A stretch of DNA of 59,732 bases from an uncultured Methanosarcinales archaeon (GCA_964647565.1 CAZYIM010000013.1:1-59732); one strand, 5' to 3'; counted from the stretch's first letter, positions 38,335-48,459 are shown. Made by a program: numbers and translations. The notes: a model not told the origin generated them from the sequence alone.

Positions 38335-39918
38335 TCAATAATCAAGAAGACTTATCTGCCCTTTTCTCTTATTCTGCTTCACAAGTATCTTTTTAGGATC
38401 AAATTCCTGTCCAACCTGTTTTTTTACTGAAATAGCAGTCTTTTTGCCAATCAACTGCGAAAGAGTCATGATATCCACATTAACCACATCTGTAATGTTT
38501 TTGATTTTATGATTAAACATAGCTCTTGCACGCACTCTTCCAATGTTCTTTAACTTAAGCAAAGAAAGCACCTCTTCCTTAGCTCCATGCTTTAATCTAA
38601 GTCTTAGCTTAATCAGTTCAGGTCTTAGGACTGAAAACTTCAATAGTCTTGAAAGCTCTTCCGCCGAATAAAGCAACCAATCAGCAATGTCCAATTTTAT
38701 TTTTATTTCTCCCGGTCGAATATTGAATTTCTCAAGAAGATACTCCTCGTCTTTTTCATCAATCCAATCATACAAAAAGAAGGCAGTCTTAATAGCATTT
38801 AGAAACTCTTCATACTCAGGATCAAATTCAGAGGGTTCAGGATCCAAGAGCCTGTTCTCGAACTGGGTATATCTTGCTTGTATAGTTTCGTATTCTGAGA
38901 TCTTTACCCTTAATAGAGGTCTCATCTCCAAACATCTGCTGACCATCTGTAAAAAAGAGAAATCAACTGGCCTCATAACAGTAGCACGTCTTAGGCAGGT
39001 GATAATGAAAAACGCTGTTAGAGGATCGAGATAAAGTTCTGAAACCCTGTGGCCCAGAGGCGTTGCTTTTAATTTACCTGCATTAAGCTCATCAGCGGAG
39101 ACAAAATCATTTGTCTCGTCGGAAGTAATGAACTCCCATTCAGTAAGGTATTTTAAAATTTTATTAATAATCTTATGAAGTTTATGAAGATCCTTGAATT
39201 GGAATGCATAGAAGGTCTTATCAAAGAAATCAAATAATGCTTTTTTATCCCTGACAAAACCTGTTGCAATCAGACTAAGGACGCTGGCCCGTAATTCAGG
39301 TTCCACAGCCAATTTGGAGAATATCTCTTCAGGTTCTGCGTGAACATATTCATCAAATATTGCCTGAAGCTCTGACTCGGATTTTGCCAGGCAAATAGCC
39401 TCGCCATATTTATCATTAAAATCCGGCCTGCCGCTCCTGCCAATCATCTGATGATATTCTAAAACAGATATAGGCGCCATACCATGTGGCGAGCCATATC
39501 TTTTCAAATCCCTTATTATGGTTCTAAAAGATGGAAGATTCACTCCAAAAGCTAAGGTGGGAGTACATGCAATAATCTTGATCGAGCCATTTTTAAAATT
39601 ATCTTCTACCAGATCCCTCTGCTTTGCAGATAACCCAGAATGATGAAAAGCCATCCCTTTTTTAACACAATTAGCAAGCCTGATGCATTGCTTGGTTGGT
39701 CGGGACAATACCTGGAGGATTGCCTCTGAAATCTTCGTCAGTTCAGAAGTTTGTTTTCCAATTGAATGAGCCAATCTTTCTGCCTGGCTTTCTGCGCCCC
39801 TGCGAGAATTAACAAAGATTAAGGCCTGCTTCTCATTCTTAAGTGTATCGAATGATATATCTGTTAGAGGATCTGAATACAGGTTCTTGATTTTAACAGT
39901 CTTTTCCACACTAACCAT
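38335..39918 (-). CDS. hel308: Hel308/Ski2-like SF2 helicase, C-terminal part only (RecA2, winged helix, ratchet, HhH, PIP-like tail)
   Basis: QALIFVNSRR, AFHHSGL, TPTLAFGVNLP, QMIGRSGRP, LYLDP, IGRVRAR; no Walker A or DExH motif. Start ATG 39918 or GTG 39909. Confidence 0.85.
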   Translation of the reverse strand: MVSVEKTVKIKNLYSDPLTDISFDTLKNEKQALIFVNSRRGAESQAERLAHSIGKQTSELTKISEAILQVLSRPTKQCIRLANCVKKGMAFHHSGLSAKQRDLVEDNFKNGSIKIIACTPTLAFGVNLPSFRTIIRDLKRYGSPHGMAPISVLEYHQMIGRSGRPDFNDKYGEAICLAKSESELQAIFDEYVHAEPEEIFSKLAVEPELRASVLSLIATGFVRDKKALFDFFDKTFYAFQFKDLHKLHKIINKILKYLTEWEFITSDETNDFVSADELNAGKLKATPLGHRVSELYLDPLTAFFIITCLRRATVMRPVDFSFLQMVSRCLEMRPLLRVKISEYETIQARYTQFENRLLDPEPSEFDPEYEEFLNAIKTAFFLYDWIDEKDEEYLLEKFNIRPGEIKIKLDIADWLLYSAEELSRLLKFSVLRPELIKLRLRLKHGAKEEVLSLLKLKNIGRVRARAMFNHKIKNITDVVNVDIMTLSQLIGKKTAISVKKQVGQEFDPKKILVKQNKRKGQISLLDY

Positions 39919-40012
39919 TAAAACAGGGTGTTTTATATAGTTTACCTTCAAATGTCCTGTGAGGGAAATATTTTTATAAAAGCCAGGTTTATCAGCTAGA
40001 GGGGGTAACTAG

Positions 40013-41113
40013 TTGGTAAAAAAGCACAATATAAATAATAAGCGAGAGAAAAAAAGATCTAAGAAAATTATCATAAAGGCAGTATTAATGCTAGGTTCTT
40101 TACTTCTGTTCTTTATACTGGCTGAAACAATTACGCGTTTAGCGTGTCCCTATCTGAATGAAAGAAAATTACCTTATGCAGAAACAGACGATATTGCGAA
40201 ACAAAATGAAAAAAATTTCTATTTTGAAAAAAACAGTAATATTGATTATTTGCCTCACATGACCAACAACTATCTTGAACTGGGATATGTTATGGATTTT
40301 TTTGAAAAAGAGTTCAAGTTAAGAAAAGAACCTAATATCTTCAGAATCATCGGTTTGGGTGATTCTCATTTGGAATCCGGCGCACATCTAACAGATGGAC
40401 TAGAAGAAAGACTCAATCAGTTGAACTTGACAAAAAAGGTGGAGGTTTTAAATTTCGGAGTAGGCGCGTATAATTTAGTTCAGAAAAAAATATTACTCGA
40501 TGAAAAATTAAAGCATTATGATCCTGACATCATCTTATTGCAGATATTAGATGATGACTGCATGGATGAAAGAATATTTTTACCAGATTCACATATTGCA
40601 ATAGAAAACACTCCTTTTTTTGAAGTCCAGAAAGATATTATAATCCCCCTTTCAATCCCAATTCTCTCAGGCATAAATAGGGAGTTGATAAGATATTCAA
40701 TTTTTTACAGGTTTATTTCAATAAAGTATTATAATATTAAAAAAAAAGCCATATCCACAAATTTGACAAGAAATACTGCTAGATGTGATGCTGCCATGAC
40801 AGAGATTGTAGATATTACTGCAGATATTGAATCAGATATCTTGGTTTATGTCTCGCATACCATGTCAGCTGATTTTAAAAATTATCCGAGTGAAAAATGG
40901 ATGAAAAATTTTGTAGACTGGGTTAATACGACCGAAGAAAAGCATAATTTATCTATTGTTAGATTGTTCGACCATATCAAAGAACTGGATTATAAGGATT
41001 ATAAGATTGACAACCACGGCCACTATAATGAAGAAATGTATGAAATTGCTGTCCAATTGGTTATTGATGGTTTGATTAAAGATAGATTAATACCTCTTGA
41101 ATTAATATCATAA
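40013..41113 (+). CDS. Membrane-anchored SGNH/GDSL family protein (first gene of cluster)
   Basis: TM ending LAETITR; GDSH, VLNFGVGAYN, DD, DNHGHY; GGGGGT SD before TTG. Confidence 0.82.
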   Translation: MVKKHNINNKREKKRSKKIIIKAVLMLGSLLLFFILAETITRLACPYLNERKLPYAETDDIAKQNEKNFYFEKNSNIDYLPHMTNNYLELGYVMDFFEKEFKLRKEPNIFRIIGLGDSHLESGAHLTDGLEERLNQLNLTKKVEVLNFGVGAYNLVQKKILLDEKLKHYDPDIILLQILDDDCMDERIFLPDSHIAIENTPFFEVQKDIIIPLSIPILSGINRELIRYSIFYRFISIKYYNIKKKAISTNLTRNTARCDAAMTEIVDITADIESDILVYVSHTMSADFKNYPSEKWMKNFVDWVNTTEEKHNLSIVRLFDHIKELDYKDYKIDNHGHYNEEMYEIAVQLVIDGLIKDRLIPLELIS

Positions 41114-41119
41114 AAAAAA

Positions 41120-42217
41120 ATGGAAGACAAAATTCGAAGGATCAAAGATTGGTCTATAGGCAAAAAACCTGGCCCTATTCAGGTACAATTCAATCCCACA
41201 GACAGATGCAATCTCAAATGCAGGTTCTGTTGGCAGAGGGACACCTCCCGAGTTTCTTATGAGAATGAGATCTCTGAAGATAGATATCTTAAACTCATTG
41301 ATGAATGTGCGGAGTTGGAGGTTAAGCACATCACAGTCACAGGAGGTGGCGAACCTATGTGTCGACCAGAAACCACTTCCAAGATAATGGAAGCAATTAA
41401 GCAAAAAGGAATGTCTGGTACTTTAATAACTAATGGGACTATATTCACAAAAAAAATAATCAAAGAATTAGTAGAACTTGAATGGGATGAGATAATCTTT
41501 AGTGTTGACAGTCCCAATGAAAGCATTCATGACTGGCTCAGACAAAGTACTGGCAGCCATAAGAAAACCATCGAGAATATCGAATTGTTCAACCAACAAA
41601 AAAAAGAGCTTAGTAAAGATAAGCCAAAACTGTGCATACATTTTGTCCTTTGTAATGAAAATCACAACCAAATCTTTGATATGGCTAAGTTTACTAAAGA
41701 TCTTGGCTTGATAAACTTATTCATAGAACCTGTGGTAACAGTCGCTTTTGAAACAGATATAGGGGCTAAGTTAAAGCTAAATGAAAATGAATTGAAGGAG
41801 ACAATCAGACAAATAAAGAAAGCTGAGAGATTCTGCAACAAGAACAGCATCCAGCATAATCTTGGCAGCTTGGGAAAAGATCTTATCGGAAAAACCAACA
41901 AAATGACAGAAGTGATAATAGCAAAAGCAGAAACCAAGAACAAGAAAAAGAGTTTCTCAGAAACTCTGTGTTTCGAACCATTCTACAATGTCATAATCCG
42001 GCCTAACGGCAGGGTTGGTCCCTGCTGCATGTTTGATCATTCAGGTGAGTATATTCATGACAAAAGCCTTAATGATATTTGGTGTGGGAAACATTTTGAA
42101 TCAATCAGAACAAGGCTTGTTAACCAAGAACTCCTCGATTACTGCAAACAATGCAACCCCAGTCAGGTCGTGGAGAATATAAAGATAAGAAAAGTTCTAA
42201 AAAAGAAACTAAGATGA
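41120..42217 (+). CDS. Radical SAM protein with SPASM/twitch domain (paralog 1)
   Basis: CNLKCRFC, GGGEP, TNG, SVD; CFEPF…GPCC…CKQC. Confidence 0.93.
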   Translation: MEDKIRRIKDWSIGKKPGPIQVQFNPTDRCNLKCRFCWQRDTSRVSYENEISEDRYLKLIDECAELEVKHITVTGGGEPMCRPETTSKIMEAIKQKGMSGTLITNGTIFTKKIIKELVELEWDEIIFSVDSPNESIHDWLRQSTGSHKKTIENIELFNQQKKELSKDKPKLCIHFVLCNENHNQIFDMAKFTKDLGLINLFIEPVVTVAFETDIGAKLKLNENELKETIRQIKKAERFCNKNSIQHNLGSLGKDLIGKTNKMTEVIIAKAETKNKKKSFSETLCFEPFYNVIIRPNGRVGPCCMFDHSGEYIHDKSLNDIWCGKHFESIRTRLVNQELLDYCKQCNPSQVVENIKIRKVLKKKLR

Positions 42218-43248
42218 GTAAAAAAGAAGCAATCATTCTCGATTGGATAAATGGAACTGAACATACTCCGCTGACAGCAGAGATTCATCTAACTAACAAA
42301 TGCAATCTAAAATGCCTTTCATGCTGGCAAAGAACAGGAAGAGTAAACATAAATAAAGAACTTTCAGATGATGCGTGGTTGACACTAATGGATGAATTAG
42401 TTAACCTGGGTGTACAAAGCATTTACATCGGCGGAGGGGGCGAACCATTTTGCAGGAAAGATCTGCTGTTGAGAATCATGAAAATCACAAAGGATAAAAG
42501 TTTGCATGGCTCAATAACCACTAATGCCACCCTCTTGGATTCACAGACTGTAAAAAAAATTGTCAAGATGAATTGGGATGAGATTCAGCTAAGTATTGAC
42601 GGAGCAGATAGAAAAACCCAAGATAATTTGAGAGGTCAAGATGGTGTCTTTAGAAAAAATATTGAGGCAATAGAATTATTTAAACAATTAAAGTCCCAAC
42701 TAAAAAAGAAGAAACCAGTTCTAAGCTTTCATATAGTCATAAGCAATAAGAACTATAATCAACTTTCAGCAATCATTAGTCTTGCAGCACAATATGATGT
42801 CAAAGTTGTGAATCTTCAACATCTTGTAAAACAGAATAAGTTATATGCGGAAATGGTTTTGTCCCAAAAAGCAGAAGCTGAGTTCCAGGAATATTTGTTG
42901 ATAGCACAAGCAACTGCAGATAAAAAAGGCATCACAACCAATTTCAGAGATTTCATGAAAAAAGATGAAAATAAACGTGCCAGGGAAGAACAATTCAACA
43001 TCCATTGCACAGAGCCCTTCACCCACATCACCATCCATGAGAATGGAGATGTCAAGAGCTGCTGCAATCCTCGAAAACCTGCAGGCAATGTAAGAAAAAA
43101 AAGTCTTGAAGCTATTTGGTTTGGAACTGCTTTAAACAAACAAAGAAAAGAAATGTTAAAAAAACTGCCAAAAGAATGCTGCACCCATCCTAACAAAAGG
43201 ATGGGCATAATCAGATTTATTAATAGAAAAAATAAACAAGATGATTAA
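42214..43248 (+). CDS. Radical SAM protein with SPASM/twitch domain (paralog 2)
   Basis: CNLKCLSC, GGGEP, SIDG; CTEPF…SCC…ECC. Start at ATG 42214 overlapping the upstream stop. Confidence 0.92.
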   Translation: MSKKEAIILDWINGTEHTPLTAEIHLTNKCNLKCLSCWQRTGRVNINKELSDDAWLTLMDELVNLGVQSIYIGGGGEPFCRKDLLLRIMKITKDKSLHGSITTNATLLDSQTVKKIVKMNWDEIQLSIDGADRKTQDNLRGQDGVFRKNIEAIELFKQLKSQLKKKKPVLSFHIVISNKNYNQLSAIISLAAQYDVKVVNLQHLVKQNKLYAEMVLSQKAEAEFQEYLLIAQATADKKGITTNFRDFMKKDENKRAREEQFNIHCTEPFTHITIHENGDVKSCCNPRKPAGNVRKKSLEAIWFGTALNKQRKEMLKKLPKECCTHPNKRMGIIRFINRKNKQDD

Positions 43249-44287
43249 AAGAAAACCAACAAAAGAGATCAAGGTCGGAAAAGTCAGAATCGGCAACAAG
43301 CGTCCTATCATAGTTCAATCAATGGCTACAACTCTAACCAAAGATATTGATGCTACAATAAAACAAATTCATTCACTTGAAAAGATTGGATGTGAAATAG
43401 TCAGGGTAGCGGTACCTGACATGGAATCCGTAAAAGCTCTGAAAACCATAAAAAAAAACATTTCAATACCCTTGGTGGCGGATATCCACTTTGATTACAG
43501 GCTTGCTATAGAATCCGCAAAATACGTTGACAAGCTAAGATTAAATCCTGGAAATATTGATAACGAAGAACATATTAAAGCTATTGTTTACGAAGCAAGG
43601 CAATATAGTATACCAATTAGAATAGGAGTGAACTTAGGATCGCTAGAAAAAGATATTGAAAGCAAGTATGGTAGGACAACCAATGCAATGGTTGAAAGCG
43701 CCCTAAGTTATATCCGTATCCTTGAAAATCAAGATTTCACAGACATTATAGTCTCATTAAAGACATCTGATGTATTCAGAACAATAAGTTCATATAGGTT
43801 ATTCTCAGAAAAGAGCAGATACCCAATACATTTAGGATTAACAGAAGCAGGAACAGCACATTCAGGAACTATTACATCCGCCATAGGTATCGGACGCCTC
43901 CTGTTGGAGGGGATTGGTGACACAATCAGGGTTTCACTATCTGAAAAGCCAGAAGAAGAAATAAAAGTCGGTTGGCGTATCCTAAAAGCTTTGAAGCTAA
44001 GAGAAAAAAATATTAGAATCAAAGCATGCCCCACCTGCGCAAGAGCCTGTCTAGATGTTGCAAGCATTGCAAAAAAATTGGAAACAAAGACATTCCAACT
44101 TGATAAGTCACTCAATATCGCTATCATGGGCTGTTCAGTCAATGGACCCGGAGAAGCCAAAGAAGCCGACCTAGGAATATTTGGAGGTAAACAACATTGT
44201 CTGCTTTATAAAAAAGGAAAAATTATTGATAAAATACATGAAAATGATGCTGTCATGAGATTATTAAAAGAAATTGATGAAAACTAA
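43241..44287 (+). CDS. ispG: (E)-4-hydroxy-3-methylbut-2-enyl-diphosphate synthase (HMBPP synthase, MEP pathway)
   Basis: VQSM, VRVAVP, PLVADIHF, RLNPGNI, RIGVNLGSL, HLGLTEAG, GIGDTIRVSL, CPTC, MGCSVNGPGEA. Confidence 0.95.
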   Translation: MIKRKPTKEIKVGKVRIGNKRPIIVQSMATTLTKDIDATIKQIHSLEKIGCEIVRVAVPDMESVKALKTIKKNISIPLVADIHFDYRLAIESAKYVDKLRLNPGNIDNEEHIKAIVYEARQYSIPIRIGVNLGSLEKDIESKYGRTTNAMVESALSYIRILENQDFTDIIVSLKTSDVFRTISSYRLFSEKSRYPIHLGLTEAGTAHSGTITSAIGIGRLLLEGIGDTIRVSLSEKPEEEIKVGWRILKALKLREKNIRIKACPTCARACLDVASIAKKLETKTFQLDKSLNIAIMGCSVNGPGEAKEADLGIFGGKQHCLLYKKGKIIDKIHENDAVMRLLKEIDEN

Positions 44288-45371
44288 GATGAATACACTT
44301 GAAAACGAGTCCATAAAAAGAATAAAGAACTGGCTTAGAGGTAAAAAGCAGAAACCTGTCAGGATTTTCATCATTCCTACTAATAAATGCAATCTAATGT
44401 GTCCGTTTTGCTACAAGAACGACAAAGACATAGGCAGTGAAGAGCTTGCAAAAGAAAAACTCATTTCATTGGTATATGAAGCTAAAAAAATGAAAGTGTT
44501 ATTCTGGGACATCATGGGAGGTGGCGAACCCTTTGCAAGGCGTGCAACTATGCAGATGATGGAAGAAATCAAGAAACAAGGAATGATGGGTAATGTAACA
44601 ACAAATGCTACATTGATGACAAATGAGCTTGTGGAAAGAATCGTCAGGATGAAATGGGATTATATCACAATAAGCCTTGACTCAAGCGATGAAAAAACTA
44701 ATGATAAACTAAGAGGCAGAGGTAGTTACCAAGGCATTATCCGTGCTTTAGAATTATTGCAAAGGTGGAAAGTGGAGCTTAAAAGTGAAAAACCAGTGAT
44801 AACCCTCCACACAGTCCTTACCAACAAGAATTTTAGAAAGTTGAAAGGATTATTCAAGATTGCCGATCAGTATGGAGCTACAACAGTCAATTTCACCCAA
44901 CTGATGAATCTGTCTTCAAGTTTTGAAAAACTCAAACTAGGACCAAAACAACAAAAAGAGTTTCAGAAATTGATTCCTGGACTAAAAAAAGAAGCTGCAA
45001 AAAGAAATATCCTGAGCAATATATCTAGTTATAAAAAAGAAAAATTGGTAAGCAAATCTAACGCGATGAACAAGGTTATGAAAGAAGAAAACATTAAATG
45101 CTATAGTCCTTTCACTTCCATGATGATATTAGCAAATGGAAACGTTGGGCCTTGCTGCCTTTACACCCCTGGCAAGGAAATCGGTAACGTTGTAAAGGAT
45201 GAGCTTAAGAAAATATGGTTTGGAAAAAAAGCAGAGGGTTTCAGGCAAATGATGATGCAAGGCCAACTTGAAGAATGCAAGAACTGCCCATCTACAAATG
45301 TAATTGAGAATACTATGTTTCAGAAAGCAATAAAAGAGGGAGGATTTCTCAGAAAATTATTCAGAAAATGA
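44277..45371 (+). CDS. Radical SAM protein with SPASM/twitch domain (paralog 3)
   Basis: CNLMCPFC, GGGEP; CYSPF…GPCC…CKNC. Confidence 0.92.
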   Translation: MKTKMNTLENESIKRIKNWLRGKKQKPVRIFIIPTNKCNLMCPFCYKNDKDIGSEELAKEKLISLVYEAKKMKVLFWDIMGGGEPFARRATMQMMEEIKKQGMMGNVTTNATLMTNELVERIVRMKWDYITISLDSSDEKTNDKLRGRGSYQGIIRALELLQRWKVELKSEKPVITLHTVLTNKNFRKLKGLFKIADQYGATTVNFTQLMNLSSSFEKLKLGPKQQKEFQKLIPGLKKEAAKRNILSNISSYKKEKLVSKSNAMNKVMKEENIKCYSPFTSMMILANGNVGPCCLYTPGKEIGNVVKDELKKIWFGKKAEGFRQMMMQGQLEECKNCPSTNVIENTMFQKAIKEGGFLRKLFRK

Positions 45372-46456
45372 AAAAGATTGATTTATTGATGGAATGGTCG
45401 AGGGGAAAAAGAGCTCCTCCTTTTATAATAGACATCAGCCCCACAGATTATTGCAACCTCCATTGTTTAAGCTGCTGGCAGAGAAATCCTCAATTTCCTA
45501 AGCTGGATTCCAAGAAATATGAACTTCCCGACAACAGACTGTTGGAACTTGTGGATGAAGCAAAAGAACTTGGAGTCCAAGAATGGGAGATTACAGGTGG
45601 AGGAGAACCCCTTATGAGAAAGATAACATTTGATTTGTTACAAAAAATCCGAAAAAATGGCATGAACGGTAATATCACCACCAACGGTATCATGATAACA
45701 GATAAATGGGCTAAAGAGCTTGTGAAAACTGGTTGGAACAAAATCACTTTCAGCATTGATGGCCCTGATGCTAAAACCAACGATTATCTTAGGGGAAAGA
45801 AAGGATCATTTGAGCATGCTTTGAAATGCATCAAAAGAATTGAAAGCTACAAGAAAAAGCTTGATAAAAAAAAGCCCATAATAGCATTCAACACAGTAAT
45901 TAGCAACAAGAACCACAACAAATTAGACAAGATTATTGATCTTGCACAAAAAAATGGAGTCAGTATTGTCAACTTCGAACCAATCACAATACACTCAAAA
46001 CTTGGCCAACAACTAAAGCCCGACAACCAGGAGATAATGGATATGCAAAAACAAATTGAAAAAGCAGAAGTGCTCTCTAAAAGATACAATATCCATACCA
46101 ATATCAGCAATTTCAAAGAGACAGAACTGGTCACTTCAAAAAATAAAATGGATTCTGTAATCCTCAAGAAAACCAACAAAAAAAAGAATCTGGCAGACGC
46201 TATCTGCCTTGAACCCTGGTATCATCTAGTAATAAAAGTTGATGGCGAAACAGGACCCTGCTGCATCTTTTCAGAGAAGAAAATGAATGTAAAGGACAAG
46301 AGCTTAAAAGAAATCTGGTACAGTAACTACTTCAACAATTTAAGGAAGAGTATCCTCTCAGGAAAATTGCCAAAATACTGCAAGATATGCAATGCAGGCC
46401 AAGTCATCCAGAATAATGCAATTAGAAAACAAATCAGAAAATGTATGAACGAATAA
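45368..46456 (+). CDS. Radical SAM protein with SPASM/twitch domain (paralog 4)
   Basis: CNLHCLSC, GGGEP, SIDG; CLEPW…GPCC…CKIC. Confidence 0.93.
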   Translation: MKKIDLLMEWSRGKRAPPFIIDISPTDYCNLHCLSCWQRNPQFPKLDSKKYELPDNRLLELVDEAKELGVQEWEITGGGEPLMRKITFDLLQKIRKNGMNGNITTNGIMITDKWAKELVKTGWNKITFSIDGPDAKTNDYLRGKKGSFEHALKCIKRIESYKKKLDKKKPIIAFNTVISNKNHNKLDKIIDLAQKNGVSIVNFEPITIHSKLGQQLKPDNQEIMDMQKQIEKAEVLSKRYNIHTNISNFKETELVTSKNKMDSVILKKTNKKKNLADAICLEPWYHLVIKVDGETGPCCIFSEKKMNVKDKSLKEIWYSNYFNNLRKSILSGKLPKYCKICNAGQVIQNNAIRKQIRKCMNE

Positions 46457-47238
46457 AAAGGCTTTTTCTTTGGAAAAATGGAAAAAAAGCAGGCCCTGTC
46501 GACGGAGAGCTTAACATCACCAACCTGTGCAATCTAAAATGTTGTTATTGTAATGGTTATCAGAGCGGATTCACGAAAAAAAGTGATAACGAACTCACAC
46601 AGGAAGAATGCCTTCGAATAATAAGAGAAGGGAAAAAACTAGGTATCAAGGAATGGCACCTCGCAGGTGATGGTGAACCGTTGTTAAAAAAGGAAATTTT
46701 TCTCGCTGTTGCAAAAGAAATTAAGGAGCTTGGAATGAAGGGTGTTTTGACCACCAATGGTACTCTTCTTGATGAGGAAATCCGAACTATTTTGATTAAC
46801 GTAGGTTGGGATAGGATACAAATCAGTCTCCAGTCACCAAACGAAAAAATCCAAGATCAACTAAGCGGAGTTAAAGGATCATACAAAAAGACCATAAAAA
46901 ATGTCAAACAGCTCCAAAACTTAAAAGGTAGAAAAACCGAACCAATCGTAAATATCAATGTAGCAGTCCAGAAAGCCAACTATCGGGATATTGACCAGAT
47001 TATCAAACTAGCAGCTGAACTAAGAGTATTCTCGACCGCATTTCACAACCTGGTGGTTTCCAATCACAAGATCAAACCTTATCAATTGAACAGAAATCAA
47101 CAAATTGAATTCCAAAAAAATATTGAAAAGAATATCCAACTGGCCAACAAGCTCAGGATTCACACCAATCTTATCTTGTTGAAAGAAAAAAACATACTGA
47201 ATCAGGAAAAAATCCCCACAATCATAATGGAACAATGA
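46441..47238 (+). CDS. Radical SAM core domain without SPASM (paralog 5a)
   Basis: CNLKCCYC, GDGEP, TTNG; ends before the auxiliary-cluster domain. Confidence 0.88.
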   Translation: MYERIKRLFLWKNGKKAGPVDGELNITNLCNLKCCYCNGYQSGFTKKSDNELTQEECLRIIREGKKLGIKEWHLAGDGEPLLKKEIFLAVAKEIKELGMKGVLTTNGTLLDEEIRTILINVGWDRIQISLQSPNEKIQDQLSGVKGSYKKTIKNVKQLQNLKGRKTEPIVNINVAVQKANYRDIDQIIKLAAELRVFSTAFHNLVVSNHKIKPYQLNRNQQIEFQKNIEKNIQLANKLRIHTNLILLKEKNILNQEKIPTIIMEQ

Positions 47239-47615
47239 AACAAAAAAACTTTGATCAACTACCCTGTTATCAGCCTTGGCATAAGATAGTCATAAGACCC
47301 AACGGCAAGACATACCCTTGCTGCAATTTTTACGAACAGAAATCAGATAACATACGCGATAAGAGTCTCAAGGATATTTGGTACAGAGGGCGTTTTGATA
47401 TCATAAGAAATGATATCCGCCTGGGAAATCTAGGGCCCGACTGTAAAAACTGTACTGTCTGGATCATAAACCAAAACAGAGGTTTAAAGAAAGATTTAAA
47501 GAAGAATCAATTTGTTTCGTCAATAAAAAATAGGTTTAAGGAATTAGTGAAAAGGCTCTCTGAAACCGACCTTTTCTCCAAGACTCTTAACAATTTTTAT
47601 TTTTGGTTCAAATGA
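47235..47615 (+). CDS. Stand-alone SPASM/twitch domain protein (paralog 5b)
   Basis: CYQPW…YPCC…SLKDIW…CKNC; ATGA overlap with 5a. Confidence 0.85.
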   Translation: MKQKNFDQLPCYQPWHKIVIRPNGKTYPCCNFYEQKSDNIRDKSLKDIWYRGRFDIIRNDIRLGNLGPDCKNCTVWIINQNRGLKKDLKKNQFVSSIKNRFKELVKRLSETDLFSKTLNNFYFWFK

Positions 47616-47621
47616 ACTACA

Positions 47622-47641
47622 CGAAATAGTTATAAACTATT
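47622..47641 (+). promoter_or_regulatory. Internal promoter candidate (CGAAA BRE-like plus TTATAAA) within an AATAGTT-N3-AACTATT palindrome
   Basis: One of the few sizeable gaps in the cluster; TATA ends 22 nt before ATG 47659. Confidence 0.5.
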
Positions 47642-47658
47642 AGTTCTTATCAACCTAG

Positions 47659-48459
47659 ATGTTGGGGGAAATATTAAAAAGACTCTTCTTATGGGCAGAA
47701 GGAATGCCTCAAGGCCCTGTCAATGCTGAGCTAAGCTATACCAAAAGATGCAATCTAGATTGCAGATTCTGCAACATCTATCAAGCAGGGGAGACTAAAC
47801 AATCTACCGAGGAAATACCCACTGATAAATGTCTAGAACTAATTAAAGAAGGTAAAAAACTAGGTATTAAAAGCTGGCTGCTATCCGGCGAAGGAGAACC
47901 ACTCATAGACAAGAGAAAGTTTCTAGCTATTGCCCAGGAAATCAAGCAAGCAAGTGCAAAAGGAACCTTGGTAACCAATGCAACACTGTTAGATCAAGAA
48001 ATCATTGATACCTTGATAGAGAAAAAATGGGATATAATCCATATCAGCATCCAAGCTGCTGATGAAAAGATTCATGATAAACTCGTAGGTTGCAATGGAG
48101 CTCATAAAAAAATAATTGACAATATCCAAAGAATCCAGAGGAAAAAAGGGAAACAATCCCTACCGCTCATCACATTCAATATCACCATACAAAAAGATAA
48201 TCATGATAAACTTGTTCCTATGATGGATCTGGCAAAAAAACTAGGCGTTGTTCGAGTAGTTTTTTTCCCCCTTGTAACAGCACATCCCAAAGTAAGAGAG
48301 TGTGAATTATCTAAAACTGAACTCAAGACTGTGCAAAAGCAGCTTTTAGAAATAAAAAATCTTGGTAAGAAATACTGTATACATACAGCTCTCGAAGGAA
48401 TAAATATTCAATCATACTCAGACAGAAAACACATAGTAAAGAGGATACTGGAAATATGA
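47659..48459 (+). CDS. Radical SAM core domain without SPASM (paralog 6a)
   Basis: CNLDCRFC, GEGEP; closely similar to 5a (KRLFLW…GPV, EGKKLGIK.W). Confidence 0.88.
   Translation: MLGEILKRLFLWAEGMPQGPVNAELSYTKRCNLDCRFCNIYQAGETKQSTEEIPTDKCLELIKEGKKLGIKSWLLSGEGEPLIDKRKFLAIAQEIKQASAKGTLVTNATLLDQEIIDTLIEKKWDIIHISIQAADEKIHDKLVGCNGAHKKIIDNIQRIQRKKGKQSLPLITFNITIQKDNHDKLVPMMDLAKKLGVVRVVFFPLVTAHPKVRECELSKTELKTVQKQLLEIKNLGKKYCIHTALEGINIQSYSDRKHIVKRILEI

Noticed and set aside
42151..42213. N-terminal extensions in the ORF track (42151; also 7161, 27533, 35275, 36214, 57322)
   Set aside because: They overlap neighbouring genes or promoters; downstream ATGs fit homologous starts, SD motifs or ATGA coupling better.
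43729..44160. Longer antisense ORFs inside well-supported genes (e.g. 43729-44160, 33269-33712, 16734-17180)
   Set aside because: Fully nested opposite conserved genes, with no motifs; typical antisense shadows.
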